A stretch of 56,742 nt of DNA, the filler included, from Basidioascus undulatus (taxonomy: Eukaryota): the NCBI GenBank assembly GCA_000826855.1. It is 4 parts of 4 records of this genome, joined end to end, with 100 filler letters (N's around TTAATTAATTAA, not from the genome) between each part and the next. Parts side by side here need not be neighbours in the genome. Positions count along the whole stretch, not along the records: positions 15,901 to 29,464 come from JTLS01000803.1; positions 29,565 to 43,105 come from JTLS01000804.1; 2 more parts are not named here. One strand, given 5' to 3'. Shown here piece by piece: positions 24,679 through 37,959 of this stretch; the stretch's first letter is position 1, and every line of letters begins with the position of its first letter. Both the position numbers and the translations under genes were made by a program. The notes below the pieces were generated by a model. The model saw nothing but the letters and a program-made list of their open reading frames with translations. It was not told the DNA's origin and did no database searches.

Positions 24679-26698
24679 TCAAAGCTTCGCCTTGCTGCTC
24701 GCCACGCCGTGCCTCTGCGCGATCTCATGCGCGAGCTTCTTCACCTGCTGGGCATGCTCGCGCAGCGCGCCTGCGCGCTTGAGCTCGGCCTTGCCGACCT
24801 GGGCGACGTGCACCTCGTCCGGCCCGTCTGCGAGCCGGAGCGTGCGGTTGCCCGCGAAGAGCGCAGCGAGCGGGGTGTCCTGCAGGAAAGGAGAATTGGA
24901 AGACATGGTTGTTAGCCACTGAAACAACGAGCAGAAAAAACGGAGGGAGAGTAAACGGACAGAGGAGAGACCCTCGGCGCCGTGCATCTGCATGGCGCGG
25001 TCGATCACATTGCTAACGGTTTTGGGGACGAAGTACTTGGCGATACCGATTTCCTACAAGGCGTGGAGGTAAGTTGGAAAGTCTAGAAAAGCGGAATGAG
25101 AGCAGGGCGGACCTTCATGGCGCCCTTTGCACGGACACGGTCGATCTGGATGGCAGCAGAAAGCACGAGAAGGCGGCAGGCATCGATCTCCGCGCGGGAG
25201 TGGCCGAGATCAGCGACCACGGAGCCTATTTATCGAAAGAGGAACGTTCAGTTCAAAGGTCTAGGAGAGATCAAGATCGCAAGAAGGCTGAACTTACCGT
25301 GCTCAAACAGCTGCTTGCCAAACGTCTTCCTCTCCGGCGCAGTGACGCGCATGAGCGCGTGCTCCAGCGCGCGCTCGGCGACGCCGATAGCGCGCATGCA
25401 GTGGTGGATACGGCCCGGACCGAGACGGCCCTGGACGACCTCGAAGCCGCGACCCCAACCAGCGACGATGTTGGACTGCGGGACACGCACGTTGTCGTAG
25501 TGGACCTGGTAGTGGCCTTCAGGAGCGTCGTCGTAGCCAAGCCTGTTCGGAAAAGAGCATGCTGTGAGCAAGGCGCCTATCTTATTCACAAGAGCGAGAG
25601 TGAGACGGACACCGTGAGAGGACGGATGAGCTTAACACCGGGGTGGTTCGACGGAATCAGTACGATGGTGTGCGACTTGTGGCGGTCCGCGTTGGGCGAG
25701 AAGTCGTGCTTCCCGATGAGCTGTACACAGAAACAAAGCCCGGGCTCAGTAAAGGGTTAAGAGAGCAGATCGAACGGGAAGACACACGATGTGAATGCCA
25801 TTGCGCGGGTCGCCAGCGCCCGAGATCCACCACTTCATGCCGTTCCTGTAGGCAAAATGTCAGATGAAGGTCTTGAGCGAGGAAGATGATGCGAAAGGTA
25901 CGCACACAATCACATCGTCACCGTCCTTCCTGATCGACGTCTTCAGGTTCGTCGCGTCGGAAGAGGCAACTAGGAAACCAAGTCCCAACAGGTCAGCCTT
26001 TGCTCATCGAACGCACATGCATATCACACAACTCACCTCCATACTCGGTCATCGCGAATGAAGAGCGGATCTTGCCCTCAAGCAGCGGCACGAGCCACTT
26101 CTTCTTCTGCTCATCGGTACCGTAGCGGGCCAGGACCTCCATGTTGCCAGTGTCCCTATCGTGACAAGTTCAGGGCCAGGTCTAGAGTTTGAATCACCAG
26201 TCGGACTCACGGAGCAGAACAATTGCACGCCTCGGGCGCGACGCGAGGTGCGTGGCCCATGACCTCGCACATCACGGCGTACTGCACCGCGTCACAGACT
26301 CAGCTTGCAGATCTAAGCCAGGATACGGAGCACCCACTCACCTCAAGGTTGGTCAGATCCGTCCCAACATCCGGGTAGTGCTGCTTGCTCAGGAAGAGGT
26401 TCCACAGCCCACGCTTCTTTGCCTTGGCCTTGAGCTCCTCCATGACGGCGGGGTACGACTTCCAGCGCTTTGCCGGGTCGGTCGAGACCTGGGCGTGGAA
26501 CGTCTCCTCCGCAGGAATGCACTCATTCTGTCCAAACCCTCTGGATTAAGCTTTCTTATCACACAGCGATGGGAGGGAACGAATGCGGACCAGCACGAAG
26601 TCGATAACCTTGTCCAAGATCTCTCGCGCGTGCGGGCGGTAGTGCGGCTCGATGAGCGCCCAAGCCGCGGGAGAGACGAGTGCAGGAGCGGACGACAT
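24679..26698 (-). CDS. Acyl-CoA dehydrogenase (ACAD10/11-like) with C-terminal PTS1 (AKL)
   Basis: [93 protein letters not shown], ending SSKAKL*. Confidence 0.95.
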
Positions 26699-27370
26699 TT
26701 CGATTTGGGTGGTCGGTTAGGATGGATGAGGGGAATATCGAGAGGGGAAGATGGACGAGCGAAGCATCAAGTATCGACCAGGTCAGCTGGTGGCGAAGGG
26801 AGAGCCGGATGCCGGCCGCGAAGAGCCCGAGCGGTGCGGCGGCCCGAGATCGATCGCAGCTGTTACAGCAGGAGCAGTGATTGACATCTTGCACCTTCGC
26901 AAGTATAAAATCACCCGGTAAAGTGTTTGACCGGTTCTCAATGCTACCAATGCGGGAGGAGCTAGAGGAGAGAGAACTGGTTGGGGGTCGGTGGGAATTG
27001 GGCGCGGGTAGGAGCTCTGTCGGGATCGTTCGCAGATCAGACTGCAGCAATCACATTCAAGTCTCTCATTCAAGAAACACCCATGTAGAGGCGAAGAGTT
27101 TGGAATTCCACATAAGGGAGAGGGTACTAAAGTAATGTTGAAAAGAACTGGACAGAGCGCCAGCGCTCCTGCGCTCCTGTGAGCTTTCTCCGATAGTGCT
27201 TTCAGCAGCGAATAATCCAAATCTTTAAGGCGACCATTGGTGTAAATATTCTTTTAGCCACACCTCAATTTCCATTTCTGTTCAACATACGCATACCTGG
27301 ATGCACTTTTTGTCGAGACAAGGGGCACTCGCACAATGAAAATGTCACAGCTGCAACTGCGCAACCTGGC

Positions 27371-29194
27371 CTATTCCTCCGCCGGTTCCACGCTCTGCGG
27401 AAACCTGAAAACATTCCCCGGATCCAATACCCTCTTCACCTCCCTCAACCGTCCAAGGTTACCCGCAAAGTACACCCGCGGCCATTCCCCAGGCCGGAGA
27501 CGAGGATCGCAGTAGTTGGCGTACGCGGCCTGCAGATGCGGGGTAATGCTCCGCTGCATCCCATCGACGAAAGCGAAGAACTCCTTCTCTGGTATGGTGG
27601 GGTCGGAGTTTGAGGTGTTTGCGTAGAGTTGAAAGCCGAAGAGCACGGAGCGGTGCGGGAAGGCGGTTGAGGTTGACGGGACGGAGTGGATTGCACCGTT
27701 GTACGCTGTAGCGAGAGCGATATCAGCAACTGTCCAAGAGAGTACATTGAGAAACAAAAAGCTGATGTACGGTCTGACATGGCGAACCAGTCGAGTTTGG
27801 TAGACGTCCCCTCTTTGAACAAGTAGGTGAAATAGGACTCGAGCGTTGGCAATGGCAGCGGCGCGTCGATGAAGAGCGACTACGGGCGCGCCAATAATTT
27901 CAGAATTACCCTATGACTCGTCCTTGAATCTCACTCAGTCATCCCGCACCTTGGCATAAAATCGGTCATGCTCCACCGCAGGCTCGAGCGTAGCCTCCAG
28001 CGCCGCGAGCCCCTCATGCCACTCCGAGTGGAAGTCATACCCCTTGGGCAGAGCATCTAGCAGGGGCCGGATGACCGAAATGAGGTCTTCTTGGTCGCCG
28101 TCGAAGTGGTGCCCGTAGATCTGCAGACAGCATGGCAATGTAAGCCGACAGACCGGACACAGAAGACGGTCCTATGGCACCTTCAAATTGACACCACCGT
28201 CGCCGTCGGGAGAAAGTACCACCACCGCGTAGAGGCGTCCGGGTGGATCGGTGTACATAAAGCGCTGGAAGGCGTCGAAGCTGCGAGAAGAGGCGGATGG
28301 CTGGTTAGCGATGCTGCGCAGCCGACAGCACCGCGACGTACGCGGAAACGAGTGTTTCTTTAGGATGAGAATTGAAAAATATGGAGAACGAAATCATCGT
28401 TTCTGGAGCTGGTACAGTGTCGAACGTCCATGCCGTGACGATGCCGAAAGACGGCGCGGCACCTCGCAGCGCCTGCTCATAAGCGTTCAGCGAGGATGGA
28501 TGCCACCCTTGTATGTCAATTCAAGCATACCCAAAAGAGGTCGGAATGCTCTTTCTTGGAAGCGTGGACGATCTCGCCGCTCGCCAGTACGACTTCAGCG
28601 CCGACGATGCGGTCGAGTATGAGGCCGTGCATGCGCGACAGAGGGCCGTATCCTCCGAATGATGCATGTCCGCCTATTCCAACACTTTAAAATAGTACAG
28701 AGTGAGCTTCACAAGGCCAAAGCGGACAAATGGTCGAGAGAGAAGACGCACTGCGGACAAGTCCCCGTCGGCACCGCCCTCCTCCCCCGCTCCCACAGTC
28801 TTCTCACCACGGCGCCCAGACGGTTCCCCGTCCCAACCACCGCCCTCCCCTCCTCCAGAACCTCAATCCCATCGAGTCTTTCCAGCGAAATCACGAGCGC
28901 CCCGTCGGAGAGTCCGTAGCCCGCGTACGAGTGTCCGCCCGAGCGGGCGACGACGGGCACGCCTGCGCGCGCGGCGGCGCGGACGGCAGAGGCGACGCCG
29001 TGGGGTGTGGGGGGGTAGAAGATTGCGAGAGGCTGGGGGGAGAGGAGGAGGTTGTATGGGGATGAGGCGCGGGGGAAGGAGGGCGAGCTGGGGAGGACGA
29101 GCTTGCTCAAAGGTGACGTTAGGCTAGTGGCTGCGAGTGCGGCTGCGAGGGCCTCGGTAGCGTCCGAGTCCGTATTCGACTCTGGCAAGCTCAT
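27371..29194 (-). CDS. FAD-linked oxidoreductase, berberine-bridge-enzyme / oligosaccharide-oxidase (AA7-like) family
   Basis: ARSGGHSYAGYG (covalent FAD His), GTCPQVGIGGH (Cys), DLFWALRGAAPSFGIVT, and the C-terminal BBE motif YANYCD...YFAGNLGRLREVKRVLDPGNVF. Confidence 0.92.
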
Positions 29195-29464
29195 GATTCG
29201 AAGCGCTCGAGATGTGATTGAGGGGTGGAGCAGAAAAGAGGACTGAAGTTCAGAGAGGACGAACAAGGGAAGATGATAACACGGCGATGACGACGTTTGG
29301 AGCACAACGATAGTAGGCTGGGCACGGTTAGCGTCGGCTATAGCGCACGTTCTCTCTGAATCCTTCTGCTGCAGCGTCGAGGATGAACATCGGAGTTCGT
29401 TATTAGGCAGCAGCATACCAAACTTGGGCATAACCCTCATAGTATCTCAAAAGCACTGACTGCC

Positions 29465-29564
29465 NNNNNNNNNNNNNNNNNNNNNNNNNNNNNNNNNNNN
29501 NNNNNNNNTTAATTAATTAANNNNNNNNNNNNNNNNNNNNNNNNNNNNNNNNNNNNNNNNNNNN
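29465..29564. other. Artificial contig-joining linker
   Basis: 44N-TTAATTAATTAA-44N. Confidence 0.97.
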
Positions 29565-29617
29565 CAAACCTACCGCCGTCCCGCCACCCACAAAGCGCGG
29601 TCTCCTCCATCGGACCA

Positions 29618-30947
29618 TCACATCTCCCCACATTCTGATGTATTTGGACCGCACAGACGCCTATGTCAGCTGGGCTCAGAAGAATCCGCAAGGAAGACAA
29701 CTACAAACACACCCGTGATCTTCACTGTCAATTTTGGCCGGTTGTTGGGTCCTGTGGCCAAACGCATGTCGATCATGATGAGCAAACCATACACGAATAG
29801 GAAACGCCAAAGCCGCTACCAAGTAGGAAGAGTGGGGAGCAATGTACCGGTTTGCACGTTCTCGATCTTGCGTAGAGTGAGCATCCCGTCGATGACGCGT
29901 CCGAAGACGGTGTGTTTGCCTGTTGGAGTCCCCTGCCGCCATTCAGCATCATCCAAGGGGGAGAGATCCGTAGAAGATGGTGATTGAGACACGCGGACTG
30001 ACCGTCCAGGAACGGAGTCTCTTTGCAGGTGATGAAAAACTGCACGAATGGTCGCGGTCCGCAGCGCATGCAATTAGCCAAGATGAGGAAGCGTAGGTGA
30101 AGAGCCAGAGGCGCACCTGGCACCCATTCGTATTCGGCCCAGAGTTCGCCATCGACAACAAGCCCGGCCCGTCGTGCTTCATCTCGAAGTTCTCATCCTG
30201 TTCTCCCCGAGCCACGAAGTGTGTCGCGGTGTCAGAGGCGGCACAGTAGGTGCAGAGGGGGGGGAGGGGAAGGGACGAGGATGATCAAGCGCACAGGGAA
30301 CTTCTCGCCGTAGATTGACATGCTCCCCGTCCCGTCGCCCTTGAGGAAGTCCCCGCCCCTGTCGGAGGATGAAGGGTCAGGTGGCAAACGCAAGAAGCGA
30401 GGGGAAGGGAGAGACGAACTGCACCATGAAATCCTTAATTCTGTGTCACAGTAGAAGAATAGGGAGTTCAGCATGAATAGATGCCGACAAGAAGGAGGGC
30501 TGGGAGATGGATGGTCTCAAGTACGCACACACTGTAGAAAGGGGACTGTCAGTGTTAAGTACACTGTTCCCACCGCTACAGACAGGGACGTACCGATGGA
30601 ACGTCGCCCCTTTATATCCCTGCGGTACCGCATTCTTCCTACATCCCCAAAGCCCGACATCAGCTGTGGCTGTCCGTGACGCTCGGCGCGCCAGATCGCG
30701 AAGCATGCGACGCACCTGAGCTCGCCCGTACACAGCTGCCTGAAGTTCTCCGCAGTCCTACACACCGCATACATAGTTCAGCCTTCCTAAACTGTGCCCA
30801 TACGTTTTCCCCGAACCGCGTGCGCCGACCCACGCACTTCGGGGTGATGTCGGAGAAGAGCTCGAACTTGATGCGGCCGAGGGGCGTGTCGCCCATCGCG
30901 ACGTCGAAGAAGACGATCGGGCGCGGTTCCTTGGGCATGGAGGTCAT
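29618..30947 (-). CDS. PPIH: Peptidyl-prolyl cis-trans isomerase H (spliceosomal cyclophilin H)
   Basis: [114 protein letters not shown] and the CGEM ending are typical of CypH. Confidence 0.92.
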
Positions 30948-31347
30948 TGTTGCTTGGCTAGGATGGGATATTCGAGACGAAGAAGATAAAGTGGTAGTGA
31001 GGGTGAAGGAGAAGGGCGCGACGCGGACGCGTACGGCGGCCCTCTACCCCGCTTGGTATGAACTCCACTGGAGCCGATAGACAGGGCCGAAATTTGGGGT
31101 GCACAACACCTTTCTCGGTCTCTTTCACCTTCTCCTTCACCACACTTTCACTTACACATCATTAACTCTCCTAACAAACTGACATATCGAGCGCAATTCA
31201 TTCGAAACGTCTCAAACAACTTCGATATCTTCGTTCACGCCGCCGCGCTGCGACGAACTCAACCTTCCTCTCATCACGAGTCGCGTCGCGTTGCCTCAAC
31301 TTCTCAAATCCCTCGTGTTTGCATCTGATTTCTGATTTCCTCTAAAC

Positions 31348-32203
31348 ATGGAGGTCCGGCTACGATTCCTTGTCAAACAATGTACTTCGTGTCGAATGTC
31401 CCGCTTGAGCCTGACTCCTCGGCCCTCGCGGCTGCTCCTTCCCAGGTCCTCGAACTTCGCGCCGGACACCTCTCCAACCTCGAAGTGCTCTCTCTCCTGG
31501 GGGAGCTCGAGTCTTCTCAGATTGCGGAGGCGCGCGCCGCGCACGAGGCCAAAGTCGGGCCGGACGGACTGCCCTTCCGCAAGGAGGACGGCGAGTGGAT
31601 GCGGGGCGTTTCGGAGAACTTGCGAACGATCGAGTTCGAGGTGCGCTTGGTCTCCGCCACCTTGGACTGAAGGATGACCTGACGCAAGCTCCACCCTGGC
31701 GGCGACTAAACTAGGCGATCAAGTATCTGAGCAACCCGCTGTTGCCCACGACGAGACAATCGCCCGAAGCGGTCCGGACGCTGCTGGAAAGGCTCGATCC
31801 GTACACCACCTTGACCCGCGCCGAGCGGCTCCAAATAGTAAATCTCGCCCCGACAACAGCCATTGAGCTTTACGTCGTACGTGAACCCCCGTCCCCCCCT
31901 CTAAATGATCCTGATCTGTCTCGCTATCGTCACCAGATTGTCGAGGAACTCGAAGACCGTCTATCGGAGGAGGAAATCGAAACGATCCTAGGCGCCGTGG
32001 CGGAGACCGTAGGCGCTGGAGAGGGCGCGGGCGCGGAGGCTGGGGCAGAGGCAGGGATGCCGAGCGCGGAAGAGCCGCTGTTCATGGACGGCGGGGAGGA
32101 GGAAGAGGTCGAGGAGCAGTATGAGGACGAGGAGGAGGACCTGATCGATGGAGACGGGCGGGACGGCGACGAGGATCCTTACCAGGGGATGGACGAGGAT
32201 TGA
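31348..32203 (+). CDS. RPC17: RNA polymerase III subunit Rpc17 (RPC9/CRCP; Rpb4/HRDC-like)
   Basis: ME|VLELRAGHLSNLEVLSLL...ENLRTIEFEAIKYL...LTRAERLQIVNLAPTTAIELYVIVEELEDRL followed by an acidic tail. Confidence 0.88.
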
Positions 32204-33381
32204 TGCTTTTGCTGGCTCCACGCAAGCGCTTCCGAGCGGCCTTTGTTAGCGGTCAGCGAGCTTGCGGAAGACAGCTGAGGATAGCTCGTTCAGCGATCGG
32301 TCTTCCGCGTGAGGGTTCCGAGAAATTGCGGGAAGTCGTGCGCTTTACACTCCTTACACCCAAAACGCATACACACACGTTTCCATACAACTGACCGGCG
32401 CGGGCGTCTCCACTTTCCGTGAAAAGTGCCATGTACACGACACAAGCTCCCTACACTAGAGAGTTAACACCAGTTGGACATTTTATTGCCGCAAAGGAAC
32501 ATGTTGAAAACGTGGACTTGCAGGTGGTTCGATCCGCACTGTGCGTCAATCAAGGCTCTCTCGACCTGGTCTTACTATGGACGGGATGGCCCGGTGGAAT
32601 ATTTCCATTATGTATAACAACTGTTGTGCTTCTGAAGCTAGTTATAGTCTTCTGCAAGGCACACGTCAGGTTATTAGACGCCTTGAACAGCGCCAGAGCT
32701 CGCTGAGCGAAAATGGCGCAGCCCTCTCGCGGGACAGCGCCACGCACGGGAGCACTCGGCCTCTGCCCTCTCGTCGTCTACTGCCGTGCACTGGAAGGTG
32801 AGTGGGATTGCTTCATGGTCAAAGGGATTTTGAGAAGAGAAAGGCCCGGTACCAATTACCCGGGGGTGTACTGGTGCGAGAAGCCATGATATCGCAGATG
32901 TGCGGTCGCTCGACGTCCAGGCAAGGCCGGCCCCATGGCAACGCCTCGCAGTCTTGCTGAAAGCAGGCTGCAGCATAGATTTCGGGTCCTCCTCCCATTC
33001 TTTCTCCCTATCACACTCTTACAGAATGCTAACAGCACTTTACATCTAGCCGCTCAGCCCCCTGCGACCCCATCTCGCACCTCGTCCTCCTACTCCCGCA
33101 AGCGGAACCTCTTGACGATGACTTTCCGAACTTTAGAGTGTGTCGCCCTTCCTCTTCCCTCTCTCTCTCACCTCCCACCATCTCTCTCAACATCTCATCG
33201 CCGTGAAGCGCCAATAATGGTGGCACTTGATTGGCCAGGGCAGCTTTGTTAGTGGATTGGGCGCACGGACACGGCTTGCCAGCACACCATCACCACCGCC
33301 TGCTGCTGGTTTCGCCTCGGTTGGCGAATCAACTCGAGCAATCTCTCTTCGCTCACGACCACAGTTTTTACATTCGACATC

Positions 33382-34483
33382 ATGGACAACGGCTCGATGG
33401 ACCACGGCTCGATGGACATGGGCGGCATGGACATGGGGGGCGGCAGCGACGCGGCGTGCAGGGTCAGCATGCTGTGGAATTGGGTGAGGCCTTCTTCCCT
33501 GCATCTTCAAACCATAAGTTTCTTCCTTCTTACCCACTTGTTATGTAGAACATCCACGATGCCTGCTTTCTGAGGTCAGTACACATTACTGGTCTCGACG
33601 TCTCGGGTCGAAGTCTGCGCACACAAATGAGCCACAGCTGACGCCCAAGTGTCTGCTTTCTTCCGTCACAGTGAACAGTGGCACATCCGCAACACTGGTG
33701 GGTGGCCAGGAATACAATCTCAGGTCGTCTGCTTACAAAGCTTGAACCACAGGTGCTTTCGCCGGAACCGTCATCTCTGTCTTCCTGATCGTCGTATTTA
33801 TCGAATGCGTACGTCGATTCGCCCGGGAGTACGACCGGTCCATCGTTGCAGAGTACGTACGAAAAGCATTTAATGCTTAAGTGCCTTACCGTGCTCATGT
33901 CCCTACTACTTCATCCGACCAGATACCAAGCCAAGCTCGCCGCCGTCCCGGTCGACGCAAAGCTCACCGGGGAGTCGAACGGGTCCGTTCGCACGATGAA
34001 GCCCTTCCGGTGCGCGCTTCAATGCATGCATCGATATGTTGTAGTAGTACTGAGGATCGCTTGGGGGTCCGGGACGGAATAGGCCGACGGTAAAGCAGCA
34101 GTTCATTCGCAGCCTTTTCTACTTCGTCCAGTTCTCGGCAGCTTACATCGTCATGTGCGCCGTTTTTATGCCTCACACGCGGTCTGAAACTGATACTGAC
34201 GGTATGATATTTCAGGCTTCTCGCCATGTACTGTGCGCACCGAAGCCAACGAATTCATTGACCATAGCATGCTGACTTGACGGGTCTCCCGCAGTCAACG
34301 GCTACATCATCTTTGCCATCTTCGTAAGCCAACTCAAGCTTCTTCTCGTACAACTGGTGCTCACTCAGAGTTTACAACCACTATCAGCTCGGGGGCTTCG
34401 CTGGCTTTTTCGTCTCGAGCTGGGACACGTGCGGCGCTGTCGAGGCGGAAGACCAGGCCGCGGGGAATGGGTGCTGCTGTTGA
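33382..34483 (+). CDS. Ctr-family high-affinity copper transporter
   Basis: Met/His-rich N-terminus MDHGSMDMGGMDM, SMLWNWNIHDACFLSEQWHIR, TM2 MxxxM (YIVMLLAMYFNG), TM3 GxxxG (LGGFAGF), C-terminal GCCC*. Confidence 0.93.
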
Positions 34484-35030
34484 GCAACGATGAAGTCGAG
34501 GTTTTCCGCCATTCGCTTCTGAGGTCTCGATCATCTTTGTATACCTTAATCACAGCTCACTTTGACATGCTGTGTGTGTATGAGGTACGCAAGGCTACAC
34601 GTTGAAAGAAGGATCAAGATCTGAGTCGGAGCGCAGCTGCAAGGTCTGAGATCTTACGTCTAGGGTTGATAAGAGAAGCACTCTGTGCGCTGCTTGTTAG
34701 TGTCAGCTTGAATGTTGCTGAAGTCGATTGTCGATGGCATGGCGGCGTAACTTCGGCGTCAGCTAACTTTTCAGCCAACAGAGACCTAAATGTGGGTGAA
34801 AAACAGCACAGCATGTATTGAATGACAGCGACCAAAAGCACAATGGGGAGGCACTTATTGCGAGTGAGCGAAGTTCAATAATCTAAAGAGGACGGCTACG
34901 CCTGCGAAGGCAAGGGTTTGGGCAGGCAAAAGGAAGTGACTGAGGGAGGAGAAGAAAATAGCCTTGACGATAGGGAATCAGGAAGGTGCGGAAACTCGCG
35001 GGATATTTCCTCGCTGGGAACAGTCCGGCC

Positions 35031-37164
35031 CTAGATGAACATCGCGCTCCTCGGTACATCCGCCGTCGCCGCACGCTTGTCACCCCGTGGCGTCGCTGCC
35101 ATCCTGGTCGTGCTCGGCTTCCTCGCCGCGGCCAGCGACGCCTTGCCAACCACGGCCCCGCCCGCTGTCGTCGGCCGAACAGGCGGGACGGGCAGCGGCT
35201 TGAACAGGATGCCCGTCTCCGGCGCGGTCGTTCCAGGACGACTGGACGTCCTGGGTGGGAGGGGCGCGCGGCGGAGAGCGAGGTACGCATCGACCTCGGC
35301 GTTGGTCCGGATCGGCCGGGAGATCTCGAGCTCGCCCGCGGACGGGGCCTTCCAGAGGCACTGCACGCCGTCGGCCGTGTGCGAGCGCCGCGAGGCCGTG
35401 AACTTGCGCGTGAGCGGAGACAACGAGGACGGAGGGGTGGCAACAGAGCGGGAGGGCGAGGAGGCGGGAGTCGAAGTGGGTGTCGAGAGGAGCGAGGGCG
35501 GCTGGAGCTGCTCGGCGGGTAACTTGGGCGTGAGCGTCTTCCGCAGGGAGTGCAGGAACTTGTTCGTCTTGCCGCGCGAGGGGTTCAGCAAGTCGGGGGA
35601 GCACGAGAAGCGCAGCGGGATGATGAGCTGTTTGGCATGCGGCCATGTGTCAGCGCCGGGTGAGCGGACGTGGGAGAGACTCAAGCGAAACGAACCTTCT
35701 CTCCCGCGATAACTAACCCGTCAGGCCGCACACGGTCCTCGACGCGGTAGTCAAACCTCCAGCCGAGTCTGCCCTTGTCCTCAAGACCCTTGACACTGTA
35801 CGCACCCGGGTGCTTGATCGACAGCGACGCTTGGCGAGTGATGAGATCGCGCGAAGGATCGGTGCTGAGAGTGATTCGCCGCAGAGAGGGAGACGCCTCG
35901 AAGGCCTGAGAAAGATGGCAAATCTCGTGAGCTTGCGACCGTTCGGGATGGGATGAGGAGGCTGGACGCACGCTGTGGTGGAACGCCGACGCCTCTTTCT
36001 CGCGCATGACGAACTCCAGCAGGCCAGGGTTGGAGCGGTGGTCTGGCGACGGCGATTGGTCTGCTCCGCCAGAGCGGGAGGACGGCCGAGACGGGGAGGC
36101 GTCATGGATGCGGCTTGTGCGGGAGTAGCGTACGAAGTGCATGAGCGGCTTGATGGCGCGGAAGCCTTCCTGCCCGTCCGCCAAGTCTATATCAGCACCC
36201 GGGCAGAAAGTTGTGGACAGGAGGGAGAAACGCTTACTTGATCGATCCGCAACTGCACCGTCGGCGTCGCCCGCCCCGCCAGAGTCCCAGGCGCCTCGGG
36301 AATGCCGCCGAGGGGGAACTGCTCCGCGCTGCTGTGGCCCGCAAAGAACCCTCCGTCCGAGTACATTCCCTCGCTGAATGGGCCCGGGCTCGTAGGCGAG
36401 GGACCGGGCGTCAGGAACCGTCCCAGAAGCGGGCCGTCGCTCGTCCGAGGTGCCCGTAGCGAGAGCGCGGTCGGCGGCAGCTTGGGTGGCGTCGTGGTCG
36501 TGGTCGTGTGCGCACGGCGACGGCGGGCGGCCGGGACGGGGATGAGGGTCGGCGGGTCACCGGAGGGGTGTCTCGAGAGTCCGGTGAGGGTCGTGGTGAA
36601 TTCGGGCTCGGGGAACGATTGGACGGGGACGGCGCGGGGTCTGTGAGGCGGGCCGGCGAAGTTCGGGGTCGAACGGTACTGCGTGAGCAGGGTCGGCTTC
36701 GTGGAAGAACGAGGAAGGTCATCCGCCGAGGAGAGGTAAGCCGAGATCGTGAACACGGATTCGCGGCGCTCCTTCGCCGTCAGCTCCTCGACCGAAGTAC
36801 CCGCCGTGCTCTTGGAACGCCGGCTGCCGATGCTCCGTCTCCATGCCGAGCAGGCGTCGTCCTCCTCGCCGTCCTCGGCCGTGCTGGTGCTGCTCTCGCT
36901 ATGGTTGCGCTCCATCGCCACGGGAGGAGGCGCCGGCTGAGCGAGAGCGTCGTCCTCCAAGAAGATGGGGATCGATCGGAGGGACCAGCTCGTGTCAAGC
37001 GAGGGGCCGCCGACTGTGTCGTTTGGTAGCTCGGGGCTGCTCTTGACCGATTGAGGGACGAGCGGTGAGGACGGTGGGGTGAAGTGTACGGAGGCTTGCC
37101 GAGCGAAGGCCGACGGATACGCGAGGCGGAGGGTAACGTCGTCGCGAGTGGGGAGGACGTCCAT
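35031..37164 (-). CDS. Ser/Pro-rich hypothetical protein, spliced
   Basis: Three long GC-rich ORFs in tandem with GT..AG boundaries (MDVLPTRDD...; QEGFRAIKPLMHFVRY...WRFDYRVEDR; IIPLRFSCSPDLLNPSRGK...). No recognisable family. Confidence 0.7.
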
Positions 37165-37959
37165 TTTTGAACGTGAATCAATACGACAGGGAGACGTGAA
37201 GCTGGTGAATCGAAAGCAAATCAAGAGAGAGCACAGAATCGAAAGCGTGAGGGCAAGGAGCCCTGTTGAGTGCGTGGGTGTAGAGGGGATGGGCTGGGGC
37301 GTGAGCGGGCAGTTGGTCGAAATCCCACGTCGCCAAGTCCAAAAGGCACGACTAAGGCACAGTATAGCGCATGCCTAACTTCATGGCGTGAGGAGGAAGG
37401 CACTCGCGCTGTGTCGGAAGCGTTGTGTCGGAGGCCGGCGGAAGGTCCGGCGTGTGAGCTCCAGCGTTCCGTAGGCCAGTCAGAGTCAGGGTCAGAGCTC
37501 GTCGAAAGCACCGAAGAATTTACATCGTTAATTGAGAAGGATTTGACAGGGCGGGATCAGCCCCGTTCATACAACTTCCCCTGCGCGGGATGCGGATCAG
37601 GAACAGGCGGCCGCTCTCCTTGCGAGGTTGAGTGGCCGCGAATGCGCAAGTTGAACGCAGTCGACAGCATCGAATAATGGCGAAGAAGAACAATTGAAAT
37701 AGCGCATGCAGTGTGAGCGAATGTCAGCGAATCTGTGGAAAGCGAGTGGAAACGATGGTGGTGGTAGCGGGTTGAGGGCCTATGGACTGCTTGAGCTCTG
37801 CAAGTGCAGCGGCGGCGATGAGCTGGCGTTCTCCCTCGCTGACATTTCGTACAAACTCTGATGTTCTTGCACACACGCAACATCATCTTCATATGAGTTC
37901 GTTTAACATCAGGCAAGTCCCGTCATGCCCCAAAAAAAGTTGGTTCCCAATCGGTCTAA

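Noticed and set aside
21416..29194. MDR + ACAD + BBE oxidase as a secondary-metabolite cluster
   Set aside because: No backbone synthase, transporter or regulator is visible, MED8 intervenes, and the contig ends shortly after the oxidase.
30948..31347. Divergent cyclophilin H / RPC17 promoter as a special system
   Set aside because: Compact bidirectional promoters are routine in such genomes.
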